Shown: positions 37,592 through 49,301 of the stretch, piece after piece
Layout: each line of letters starts with the position of its first letter
How positions within the stretch are numbered: position 1 is the first letter of the stretch
Assembly: GCA_043228905.1 (NCBI GenBank)
Contig: JBHGNT010000004.1
Span: 25,048,001 to 25,112,000, forward strand
Direction of reading: 5' to 3'
Source: Azolla caroliniana
Taxonomy: Eukaryota; Plantae; Polypodiophyta
Length of the DNA: 64,000 nt
Program-made: the position numbers and the translations under genes
The notes under the pieces: model-generated
What the model was told of the DNA's origin: nothing
Seen by the model: only the letters and a program-made list of their open reading frames with translations
Databases searched by the model: none

Positions 37592-40500
37592 TTATCTTTC
37601 ATTGAATGGTGCTTGCATAATGTCAAAAGCTTTATCCACCATCTGCAAAAAAGCAACATCGCAAATCACAATGTGCGAATGTATCAATGAATTAGGAATT
37701 AACTTAGATCTAAGATAAAACATTCAAATAAGAAGAATAACATAGGAGTATTCTGGTAATTTCCAAAAAGTTATGTGTATTATCATAAATACCAAATAAG
37801 TTGGGGTATTTTGGTGCTTTTTCTTTTAAGTAAAATAGAACACAAACTAGACCCACACAAGATATATTAACACTAAATCAGCCTACCTTACTGAATGTCT
37901 TCAGCTCACGACCAATCGGTTCTAATGCCTTGAAATTTACCTCTGGCGTGTCAATTGGCCAAACCTGGAAATACCCACAAAACTCACAACAATTAGAAAA
38001 TTGGTTTTTCCTCAATTTGTTGTGTCAAACTTGTCATAGTAGAACCTGAACTGCACATATATTTGATAATAATAGCAAAATGATTATCGCAATAAAGGAG
38101 GAGATTCCACTCTTTTGTAATGCATAATATTACTACTATGAAACCTCAACGCAATGTGAAAACCCACAACAATTGTCAAATAAAAAGACCAATACCACAG
38201 TATATCTGCAGATGAACTAGAAGCATTCAAAAGAGATTATCTCAAGACTCAATCAAATGGTAGACATTTCCCAAAACATGATTCACACTGACTAGGACAA
38301 TTGTCCAGTCTTTGAACACTTAGTTAAAAATATTGTGACTACTGTGATTGCAAATAGTCATGAGTTACGCATAGAGAAGTTGTTAAGCCATATAGATAGT
38401 TATTAGTAACGTGTGATGGAAACAACAATAGCAACAGGGAACAGGAGGTAAGGATAAGGTGTTTTCCTTTTAAAAGATGTATTATTCATGACTACAAAGT
38501 CTACATGACCAGTAAGGATGGCATATTGTATCATGTTACCTCAACTTGTACTTGTCAAGGTTGTGCTAAAATGGGAGCTCTTGAGATTGGGATGATCCAT
38601 TAAACAGTAAAGTTTGAATACATTTTCACCACATCATAATCTGTCTTGTTCTAAATTAGTAATTATATTATTAGTAAAACCTTCCCATATTAGATGAGAA
38701 AATGGAGCACAATAGCACACTGCTCTAGAAAAAGAAAGCAAATGGAATGTCCACTTTGGGGCCAAAAAGAAGAGCTAGGCCATGACCTCAACAGTACTTC
38801 TGAATTCCAATGAGTACACGATCCACACCAATAGCAGCACATGATGTCATGAATTATCAGATATCCTGCCGGGGGGACCATCTGGCATCTCCCTGAAAGA
38901 CTAAGGTAAAAGCATACTAGTAGAAGCAGTAACCCAACTAGTACCTGCAACATTGATGGTAAACCGAATTGCAGACCAGAACAGTTCCGTTGTATCTAAA
39001 GTAGATTACTTCTGTGATTATCTCTAGCATTGAGATAGTTGTATGTGGCTAAATTTGTAAGCGAGTGAATCCACGATTCCCAATATAACCTGGGTTTATC
39101 TACTCTGATAGAAGTAAGCATAGTGACAGGACCCAGGGAGCGGTTCAGCAACTATGCTTACTTGGACCAATGTCAAGAGAGGAGATGCATTTCACCATAG
39201 GATAACGGAGTTATAAAATTGGAATGGGCATATTTGCATTTCAGAGAGGGTAGCAATATGTGAACATTACCAGCCATTAGCATTGAAATTAACATTTATG
39301 GGACTGTCACATTAATATATATTTAATAACATGAGTATGTGAATAGCAACCCTTATGCTTGCAATCTCTTCCCAACGTTTCCAGTGTTTGTTGACATATG
39401 CTGCCCTGCACTGATGTTGAACCTTGAGCTAGACCATGCTTTGTATCCACTCTTAATGGAGTTCTAGGAATACTATCTTCCTTTTATATTTTGATGTTTC
39501 TGTACATATTCTCCTACTAAATTTCAGATCACAATTATAAATCAATGCTTTCATGCATATATATGCTGCAAACACATTTCACGCCTTTCTTCAATTTTTT
39601 GCTAATTTTCTCTGAGTGGAAGTTTTTAAATATTGATGTTTCAGTTGCTACAAAAAGTCTTTACTGCAGATCTTAGTAAATTCCGGTCATAGAATATTGA
39701 GATGTCTTTGAAACCCTATTTTATACATAAAATAAGAAGAAGTAAAGAAACTTTAACTCTACAGTAAAAATCTAGTTAAGCTATTCTTGATAAACGTACA
39801 TATAATGACAATAACCACATTTGACCAATGTATGGTCTAGCAAGAACATTAAAGATCACATGTTATCTCCTTTAGATGTCTGAATTGATGCCTCCAATTG
39901 CAGATCTAATATGAAACATTTGTATAAGGAACTCCAACATGTGACACATACTACGTTTAACGAAGAATTGATTAGTTCTATAGATAGGAAACCAAGCCAC
40001 CATATGATCATTACATGTGTTTTCCTTTAGTAATGTTGCGCCATGTCAATAGTCATGTGTGCAAATTAAGATGCAAGGTATGTAATGAAGACTTTGTGGA
40101 GGGTGAATCTCACTTGATCATCAGAATGAGCATATAATGCAATTCACAAAGATCATCGGAACTTACAAGCCATACTCAAAGCACCACCCAAAATGTTCAG
40201 CACATATGTGTGTGCACTGTTTTCTAATTCCTCAAACCTAACAACAGAATGTTAAGCATAATCCAACAGCCACTTTGTCTGCTAAAGACACACTTTGAAC
40301 AAGATGCATAACCTTTTTCAAAAAGTTCAGATTAACAAGGATTATGTTTACTTGAAGAAACAATACAAAAGTTCAAATAAAGGAAACACCCAGAAATGTT
40401 TGATCGGTACCTTAAGTCCCAGTACTCTGATTGGCTTTTCTTGACCTGGGATAAGACAATCTGGTCCAGCAGCTTCAATGTAAGCCTCACTAGCAAGCTC

Positions 40501-42370
40501 CATACCAATAGGATCAGGGTGCTGGAATTATTCAGACAAATCTCTCTCTCTCTCTCTCTCTCTCATATTCTATTAGAAACAGGCTTGGCCCATAGAGGTA
40601 CTGGCCATGCAAAGAGTATACAAATATATCACAAAAGTCATGAATATGCCTGGTCATAGACTGCACAAACAAGCTAGGAACATAAGATGCAAAGTACGAA
40701 AAACTAATAAAAGCAAAATCATCTCATCTGGTTGGGTGTTTGACATTATGAAAACATTTAAGAGATGGGGAGTAAAAGATCTATTGGAGCTCTCAGGTGA
40801 TGCTAAGAAGTATGTGATCATTGGGGATAGACGCTAGAGGTACTAAGGATGAAGCAGCAAGTTGCTAAAATGTCAAATTTGGAATATTGGCCCCAATACA
40901 AAGAAAAAAAAGCCAGAATGTATCTAATCGCATCTCACTGCCCGTATTACCCTTGGCTCTCGGAGAACCTTGACACTTCTTTGAACTCGTTCACACAAGT
41001 TAGGTGTCGAGGTAGCATCATGGAATCATCACGCAAAAATGACGATATGCAAGGTATGCAATGAAAACCTAGAGGAGGATGAATATTACCTACTTATTGC
41101 ATGCTCAGCATATAAGGTAATTTGCGAGAAATATGATGCTTTGTTAGACAGGCATGATAATGTGAGTTTCATACTCAAATTTCCATCAAGCATAGTGAGA
41201 ATATATGTGCATGCATTATTTTCAGATCAAGAGATTTAACCACCCTTCTTAGAAAGGAGTCACATACAAGTTGTTATGTTGATTTGGTCACATAGATCAA
41301 AATTGGCCTCATCATGAATGATAAAATATCTATTCTATTCTATTCCTGATTATAGTCAAGGCATCCATCAAGGAAACCACCATCTATATCAACCACACCC
41401 ATTGATGTTGTCATCCACCCGATATTCTACTATACTCCATACATCTGCCATCGATAGGTTTCCATACCACACACCATCAAGATGCCACCTTCTCGGGAAT
41501 ATGACCCAAAATCAATGGGATAGGGAGTGTAAAGAGATGTACCTACAACTTCAGACAAAGCCACTCTTACATTTGGCAAATGTGACACATAGTTACGAAT
41601 TTGAATGTATTTTTTTCCTTTTCAAATTCACCTCAGGTCCTTCTTTTCGCCCATTATTTCTAGTACTTTATGAATGCTTGGAGGTTCCATGGATCAGTTC
41701 GGCACCCAGTGGATGATAATAGATCATCATCGTCATGTCTCTTTCTAGATGACAATTGTATTCTCATCATCAATATTATCTCTATATTCTGTATTGTTCT
41801 GACCCTAGTTGATAAACCATGTTTCTATTAACCCATGTATAGGGGGCTCATTTTCCACAAATATAACGAATTTATTAGCTGACCATGTGGAATATTGGAG
41901 TTAAACACGTGATCTTCTGGTCTCCACCCAATGATAACCAGTCCAAGGAAAACAAAAATTAATTAACAAAATAAACAAATGCATACCTTGCTTCAACCCA
42001 GAGTCACATCTGGACTCCACACACACACACACAAACACAAACACATACACACAAGACAGTAATTAAAAATGTTCCAATTTTGGTCTCATGGGTCATAAAA
42101 AGAGCTCCAAGGACGCGAATAAAATCGACCTAACTATGCATCTAAATTGTATCTGATGATGAGAATCAATGAAGACGATGGCGATGATGATAAGTTCCAA
42201 ATATGCCTTACCTTCATGATGCTGACGGCGTAGCTGAAGTTGGGAGGTGCACGGATGGAGAGGATGGGAGGGGATGAGATTCTAGGGATGGGTTTCTCAC
42301 CCAGGGGTGCCCTCCAAGGGGCATCTCCTCCACTCACCTTCGTTAACCCTCTCTTCTTCCTGCTCGCCAT
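37592..42370 (-). CDS. Conserved 132-aa plant protein of unknown function; exons 42212-42370, 40411-40521, 37887-37964, 37592-37642
   Basis: Spliced product (all introns phase 0, GT-AG): MASRKK..APWRAP..KPIPRI..YAVSIMK|HPDPIGMELASEAYIEAAGPDCLIPGQEKPIRVLGLK|VWPIDTPEVNFKALEPIGRELKTFSK|MVDKAFDIMQAPFNER*. It resembles a small conserved angiosperm family (recalled as At5g08060-like; not verified). Confidence 0.85.
40565..41345 (+). mobile_element. 3' fragment of an RTE-X-like LINE in intron 1 of the 132-aa gene
   Basis: Broken ORF2 C-terminus (ILLETG..; CKVCNENLEEDEYYLLIAC zinc-knuckle-like) ending in a (ctatt)n tail at ~41330-41345. A related fragment lies at ~40065-40240. Confidence 0.65.
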
Positions 42371-42438
42371 GGCTTCTTCCTTCTCCTTCTCTCTCTCTCT
42401 TCTTCTTTCTGATAGCTTTATCTATGCATATATACATA

Positions 42439-42583
42439 CATAGTATGAACCATACGTACCATACGTACATTCGCGTAAGAAAAAACACCCTCAACGAATG
42501 ATAAATACCATACTAACCCAAGAATGTTTGAATAACATTCGCATTCGTTTTCCAACGTAGGAAAACGAATTTTACGTACTATG
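42439..42583 (-). mobile_element. 145-bp CATAGTA-family MITE 68 bp upstream of the ATG of the 132-aa gene
   Basis: catagtatgaaccatac...gaattttacgtactatg is a reverse-complement, internally shorter relative of 11694-11997. The TSD is degenerate. Confidence 0.75.
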
Positions 42584-44103
42584 TGTAACATACATATTAC
42601 GTTATGATTTTCTCGGTATTTCCTAATTCTCTAAATGCCCCTCCATTTTGTTATGAACCTAAATCTACCCCCCCTTTGCCCAAAACATACCACACACACA
42701 CCTTTTGCATGGGGTAAGGGCATTCGATTTATTTGTTGATATGCTAGTGAAGTGTTAATAGGCCTTCCTTGGTAGAGAAGCGGCGAGATTTCGGTTTATT
42801 GTTGACATAAATTGAGCCATCACTTTCCTATACTTCTTCATAACTTGCTCCATCGATATGCCAGTGATGTGTTGAAGGCGGCCTCATAGAGATGCTGAGA
42901 GAATTCGGTTTATTGTTGATATGTTAGTAGGTGTTGAAGGTGACCTAGTAGATAACATTTTATCGACATAGCTAACACTCACCGACAATGAGCACTTAGA
43001 AGCAAGTTCTCTTCATACAATTTTTTTACATCAATACTTCCTTAGATTTCACCCATTTTTGAGTGGTCAAAAGAACAATATTGAAGCCTTTCAATTTAGG
43101 TTCTTCTTCGTGTTTCACTCCACTTATGTGGCGAAACTTTATCGCCCATATGATTACGTAAGTATAGGTTAGTTACCAACACCTTGAGATATATAAATGG
43201 CAATGTAAGAACCTTGTGGATAAAATCAAGACATGAGGTTTGTATGTTGCCATTTATATCTCATGAAATGGCATGTTGTGATTGCGAGAGAAATGCTCGT
43301 AGAGACAGGGTTGGATTCACAATATGTGGAAGCCGTGATTGAAGGTGGAGCATGGTAATAGAGTACAAGACTCTATCTAATTCACTAACTTAGTAACTTG
43401 TATAGGCCAAAGTGCCTTTGCATGTATAAGTGTGTGTGGTTTTCTCGTACAGAGAAGAAGAAAGTTACGTAGTTTGGTGCAATGTATGTATGTGACAAGT
43501 GGGATGTGAACCTCCACATCTTTCCCCAAGCCAAGCCGGAGTCATAAACATCACTCATGGATGGATCTATTGATGCATTGCGAGAGAAAGTTTCAAAAAT
43601 TGGGACAATCGATAGAAGATCGCGTGAAGTGGGGATATGACTTTAGGTATCGGCAACGAACAGAAGATTGAGCCATCTGACATTAAATCGGTGTCGATCA
43701 AAAGAAGATCACATCGTCAAGACACTCGACTCGACTCGATCCATCGGCAGCGAACAGAGGAATCGAGGGATTCAATGCAATATCTATCTATCGATGGCGA
43801 AGAAATGATCGAGCGATCCGAGTCGGTGGTGAACGAAGGATTGATTGGTCTACTATCGATAGAACAGAGGATCGATCGGTCCTTCCATAGAACAAAGGAT
43901 CAAGTGAAATGAGTAAGTGGCTTTCTTTATCTATCTACCTATCTAAGTTCTAACAATAACAGAGGTTCTTCATCAGTAAATCCTTCTGTTAATTTAATGT
44001 GCCGTCGAATCTGCACCCGCACGACAGAATCAATCATGCTCATCATCGAATCGTTCTTCTTCTTTCAATGCTTCTGTTTGTTTCATCCATATAGCAGAAT
44101 CAA

Positions 44104-46308
44104 ATGTGGCAGAACAGAGGAACTTGTGGCATTCTGCTTCACCATTGCAAAAGAAGAGGAAAGAGGTGTGTTTCCACTACTCTTTCAATCCGGGCTATCT
44201 ACAAGCACTTACATGTGGCTACAAATGTACATAGTATCATGGGGATGATGTACCATGGCATCTCTTATTCCCCCGTCGATGCTTCGGAGCTTTTTCACTT
44301 GTTTGCTTCGCGTGGCTCTATTCTTGAAGCTAATATCATGTTTTGCATGATCCCGAAACAACCTCGCCCTCGCGATTGGTGTGCATTGATGTCCGCCCAT
44401 TCATCTGCCGGACAAAACATCCGAGCTCTGGAGTTGTTCTATATCATGATCTGGCATGGTGTGGAACCAGACAAGTACGCATACACGTCCGTCTTGAATA
44501 TGTGCTCCAAGCTACAATCCCTGGAGCATGGGAAATCCATACATCACCATATTGTTTCGAGGACTGGTACATACATTGATGATTTCATGAGAAGCTCGCT
44601 CATCGATATGTATGGAAAATGTGGGTGCTTAGAGTCAGCTTCTCAAGTGTTTGAGGGTTCATCTAACAAGAAAAGTGTGGTTGTTTGGACCTCCATGATT
44701 TCTGCATATGTTCAGCAGGAGCAAAGTATTTGTGCTCTTACTATTTTTGGAAGAATGCACGATGCTCATGTGTCGCCCAACTATGTTACCGTCTTGTGTT
44801 TACTAAAAGCGTGTAGTCATGCCAAAGCCATAGAAGAAGGAATGTTGCTACATGCATTGGTTATTGTCGAGATGATCAAATCGAATCATTCCTCCCTCCT
44901 CAACACTCTTATTCATATGTATTGTAATTGTGGACGTCTAGAGGAAGCTCAACAAACATTCAATAATTTAGTTGAGAAAAATGTCATTTCTTGGGGTGTG
45001 ATGATAGGAGGATATGTAGAGGTCGGAGATGGGTATTCAGCTCTTCATCTTCTAGAGGAAATGGAAAACGAAGGCATGAAAGCTAATGACACGATTTATG
45101 TTTGTTCACTCAAAGCATGTGGGATGATTGGTGATTTAAGTAAGGGTACGCATTTACAAAATGAGATAGTGAAACTTGGGTGTGAAAAAGGTGTGATTGT
45201 TGGCAGCACTCTTGTGGATATGTATGCTAGATGTGGGCACCTTGCAGAAGCATGTAAAGTTTTCGAGGATTTGCCCGAGCGGAATGTTGTAACTTGGGCG
45301 GCCATTATTGGTGGCCTTGCAGAGCAAGGACATGGCCATTTGTCTCTTCAACTTTTTGAGAGCATGCAACATGATGCCGCCAGCTTGGAGCCTGATAGAG
45401 TCATTTATTTGTGTGTCTTGAAAGCATGTTCTAGCCTATGCTTATTAAGACAGGGAAGAGTTGTCCATGATCAAATTCTCAAGAGTGGACTTGATTACAA
45501 TGAAGTTACACTTAACAATTCGATCATAGACATGTATGCTAAGTGTAGACAAATAACTGATGCATGTAAGGTTTTCCATGGTTTACATGAGAAAAACATA
45601 GTATCTTGGAGTACAATCATTTCCGGTTTCGTGGAAATAGGTGATAATCATCAATCACTAAAGATGTTTGAGGAAATGGAGAGTAAGGAGGGTGCATCTA
45701 CTTCAAACAAATCTACACTCTCATGTATTCTAAAGGTCTGTAGTTGCATTGGAGCCTTAATGCAAGGTAGGGAAATACATACCAAAATTGTCAAATTTGG
45801 GTTCGAATCCGACAGAGCAGTAATAAATGGCCTCATAGACATGTATGCGAAATGTGGTAGTCTCGATGAGGCACAGCAAGTATTGAGTGTTTATGATTCT
45901 TCACTTGTTGATCTTGCTTCCTGGGGTGCATTAATCCATGGGTATTGCCAACATGGGAATTTGTCACTTGCTACCCAATGCTTAGAGAAAATGCAAAAGC
46001 AAGGTTTGAAGGTGAACGATATAATATTAACAAGTCTTCTTAATGCATGCAGCCATAGTGGACAGCTACAAGAAGGTATTAAAATTTCCAAGAACATGAC
46101 AAATTTTGGCATTCCAAGTATTGAGAACGTGACAACTATGGTTGACCTCTTAGGCGTGATTGGGTGTGTGGATGAAGCTACACATTATCTTAGATCAATT
46201 CCACAATTACATAGTTCTAATGCAAGTTGTTTCCCTCTGTTAACTGCATGTAGAATGCATGGGGACATACAAACGGGACAACAGTCTTATGCTCAGATAA
46301 ATTCGTGA
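44104..46308 (+). CDS. PLS-class pentatricopeptide repeat protein (organellar RNA-editing factor type), E domain truncated
   Basis: Intronless 734-aa ORF with repeated P-L-S triplets (LIDMYGKCG..A..VF; VVTW.A.I.G; Y..LKAC), S2 LLNACSHSGQLQEG, and E1 ending LLTACRMHGD. The start codon is uncertain. Confidence 0.88.
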   Translation: MWQNRGTCGILLHHCKRRGKRCVSTTLSIRAIYKHLHVATNVHSIMGMMYHGISYSPVDASELFHLFASRGSILEANIMFCMIPKQPRPRDWCALMSAHSSAGQNIRALELFYIMIWHGVEPDKYAYTSVLNMCSKLQSLEHGKSIHHHIVSRTGTYIDDFMRSSLIDMYGKCGCLESASQVFEGSSNKKSVVVWTSMISAYVQQEQSICALTIFGRMHDAHVSPNYVTVLCLLKACSHAKAIEEGMLLHALVIVEMIKSNHSSLLNTLIHMYCNCGRLEEAQQTFNNLVEKNVISWGVMIGGYVEVGDGYSALHLLEEMENEGMKANDTIYVCSLKACGMIGDLSKGTHLQNEIVKLGCEKGVIVGSTLVDMYARCGHLAEACKVFEDLPERNVVTWAAIIGGLAEQGHGHLSLQLFESMQHDAASLEPDRVIYLCVLKACSSLCLLRQGRVVHDQILKSGLDYNEVTLNNSIIDMYAKCRQITDACKVFHGLHEKNIVSWSTIISGFVEIGDNHQSLKMFEEMESKEGASTSNKSTLSCILKVCSCIGALMQGREIHTKIVKFGFESDRAVINGLIDMYAKCGSLDEAQQVLSVYDSSLVDLASWGALIHGYCQHGNLSLATQCLEKMQKQGLKVNDIILTSLLNACSHSGQLQEGIKISKNMTNFGIPSIENVTTMVDLLGVIGCVDEATHYLRSIPQLHSSNASCFPLLTACRMHGDIQTGQQSYAQINS

Positions 46309-47624
46309 TCAAGTGTGGCAATGGTGGCTATACATATACTTACATGCCCTAATGCCCTATTACAAATGCAGAAAAGAGGGAGGATGCTGAGAAGATCAGT
46401 GGAGTTTGCAAAGCCAAAGCAATTCTAAGATCATGCTGAAGATAGAAAATAAAGGAAGCGAAAGGAGACAGAGACGATCATTGTCTGTGATTCTGAGGAA
46501 GCTCATTGTGATCTGCTCTTGGCTCCATTGGAGATTAATCTTAGCAAACTAGCTTATGTTACTGCATTATTCTTTGCCATAATGCATAGAAAAACTTGAT
46601 TTCTTGTCGCTGCCAGATGTAGATTTCTAATTTCTGAGGAGAAAATATGCAGAACATATGATGTGTTCATGTGAAGGTTTGGATCGGGCTTTCAAGGAAT
46701 TTGAAACCTTCGGTAAAGGTTACCCCCACTTCTTGAGATATGTGGAACTCTAAGAACTTTGAATATGTGCCCATCGCTCTTGAGCTTAAAGTTCTAGAAT
46801 CTTTAGTTCACGTGCTACTTATGGCTAGCTTAAGCTTGCGATAAATCTTGCATTTGTATAACATAAATCACAAATGTAGTAACCATGGTGTTACTTCCAG
46901 GGCAGTCAATCCTAGGAAAATTTTCACATTTTTATTAGCTATATTTATAAGATCTTTTGTATATAGCTTATAGACATCATTTTAAGGTTTCTTAGCCAGG
47001 ATGCTAGACATCAGCAAAGCCACTTATGACCTCATATTTACAAGTCACCATTTTCCTTGATTTGAGATTACAGTTACACATAAACATGAGCCTTGCAATT
47101 TACAAACTAATGGTACTGAGTTCAAATATTAATCAATGGGATTGATGTTGGGATCATTCTACAAAAGACATTAACTTTTAGATTTCCCTAAAACAGCAAT
47201 GCGAATACGAAGAATTCTTTCGTTTCGTCAAGAGGATTCTAGTGAGAGAAGTTCTTATTCAATTAAAATTGGGTTTTATAATTGAATTTGTTAAGATCAC
47301 CCAACAAACAACTCACTACCAAAATAAGTTACATGGAAATAAGAGGCGCGCACATATTATGCCCAAGATGTATATGGATGGAGTTCATTCGAAAATTGGT
47401 ACAACATTAGAAAAGTGAGTGCAGCGGGTGGAAACGAAAATAGGCCACCACTTCTACAAACAGGAACACCCCAGTACCTACAACTACAATTTATGACATA
47501 CCAGAAGGAAAACAGATCTACTCTCACCGAAAATTTCGAGAGGGAGCGGGTGGCTCTTTTAAAAATAAAAAATGTTAGGGCCACCACAGAACCCTAACCC
47601 GAATTCGGAAATCTTTTTCCGAAG

Positions 47625-48160
47625 TTAGAATTGGCGAGACCCCCCAAAGGTCTGGCCATATTGCCAGTTCGAGGGGGCAACATCATAGTCGGTGTGGATG
47701 CGCCCATCACTTGTCATTACGCGGAAGGAGAGCGATTGGCCGAAAAGTGCCGCATTGCTCTGCCAATTCTGGCCCCAATTTCTCATCATCGGTTGCCAAC
47801 CCGTGTTAGAGCCCTTCACTGAGACCGCATGGACATCCCCGGCACCGCCCACATTGCTTATTAGGACAAGGTTGAAGTACACATGTCCGTTCACCGTGTA
47901 ATGAATCCCTCCTTTCTTCTCACATGCTACTCTGTTGAAATGTACAAGGCACATAGATACTTACACACATTTACACATGTGAATCAGTCTGTTCCACTCC
48001 ACGATATCTACATGCATGCATGTAGTACATACATACATACATAAATACACATACATACGTTATACATAGATACATATACATATACATGGATACATACATA
48101 CATACATACACAAGCATACATACATACATATACACACACATACATAAATACATACATGAT

Positions 48161-48241
<81 letters not shown>

Positions 48242-49129
48242 CATACATGCCTATAATCTACAGCGCGAAAGGTGAGTTTGAAAAAGAAAAAGCAACCCAC
48301 AAATGAGAGAGGACGAAACAGCAATAATTCAATGTCTCCCGGCAAACAAAAAAGCAGTTACTGCTGAATTTATTCAAGTACAACAGAAATTGAAGAAAAG
48401 AAAATACACAAACTGGCCAAAAAAAAAACCCAACCTAGTAGATCTTATGCATATAATACCTTCGGTAAGCTACGGGCACGATACCTCCTCTCTGGACCGC
48501 AATTTGTCGGAATGCGGGCTCCGCCATGTCGAAATGGCGGAGGGGAGGGTTACACCAACCCCCATCGGTGTTGAGGAGAGCATTGTTGGGTGGACAAAAG
48601 TTCGTGGCGGTGACAACAATGGTCTTGCCAGGCAAGCACCATTGCGGGTCATCGGCACACATGACCTCGAAGCATGCCCCGCAAGATAGGCCCCCGTTGA
48701 ACAATGCGGTGCTCAATGCCGCAGTGTTGGTTCCATAACCCGAGTCATACAAGTTCCCATAGCCACAGGCGCCACCTACATTTGAGCATTGTGACCAGGT
48801 ATATGTGTAATATCAGCAACAATGAAACAAACAAACAAACAAACATGTAATTCTTGTCACTAACTACATGATTATGTGTAATGTACATATATACTCTCAT
48901 ATACTAATGAGAGAAGAAGATGAATTGGTTAGATACCCATGGTTCCCGACGCATCACCGCCGCCGTAGAATGTTGCGTGGGCGGTCTCCCAATGGCCTTG
49001 TCTTCGGTTACCTAGCCGGGTGCCCCGATGACCTCGTTTAAGGCTTACGTGACCTTCGATTCCGTGGACAAAGCCACCACGATAATTACAAGACAATGTG
49101 ATGAGGATTGCCAACATTAGAGGAGCCAT
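47625..49129 (-). CDS. EXPA: Alpha-expansin; exons 48937-49129, 48460-48775, 47625-47931
   Basis: Signal peptide; [16 protein letters not shown]|[57 protein letters not shown]|[30 protein letters not shown]. Canonical EXPA intron positions. Confidence 0.96.
48010..48245. repeat. Compound (TACA)n/(CA)n microsatellite in expansin intron 2
   Basis: Long perfect (CA)n at ~48163-48239, preceded by tacatacataca tracts. Confidence 0.95.
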
Positions 49130-49263
49130 GGAGTGTGAGAGGCAGAGGAAATTGAGTAGAGAGAGAGAGAGTGTGTGTGTGTGTGAGTGAGTGAGAAAGA
49201 GAAGCCTCTTTGATCAGGAATAAAATGAGTGTAAGAGATACATAAATATATGTGTGTGTTTGT

Positions 49264-49301
<38 letters not shown>

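Noticed and set aside
38680-39450. Fourth copy of the poly(A) monomer family or an organellar insertion
   Set aside because: Only a loose ctaatatgggaagg resemblance on the minus strand; no TSD, poly(A) tail or organellar gene found. Probably an unrelated old LINE 3' fragment.
47971-48345. Cys/Val-rich ORFs (CVCVCV)
   Set aside because: Translation of the (CA)n/(TACA)n microsatellite in an intron.
30634-49129. Cell-wall gene cluster (polygalacturonase plus expansin, near a vascular receptor kinase)
   Set aside because: Both belong to large families and are separated by unrelated genes; the sequence gives no evidence of co-regulation.
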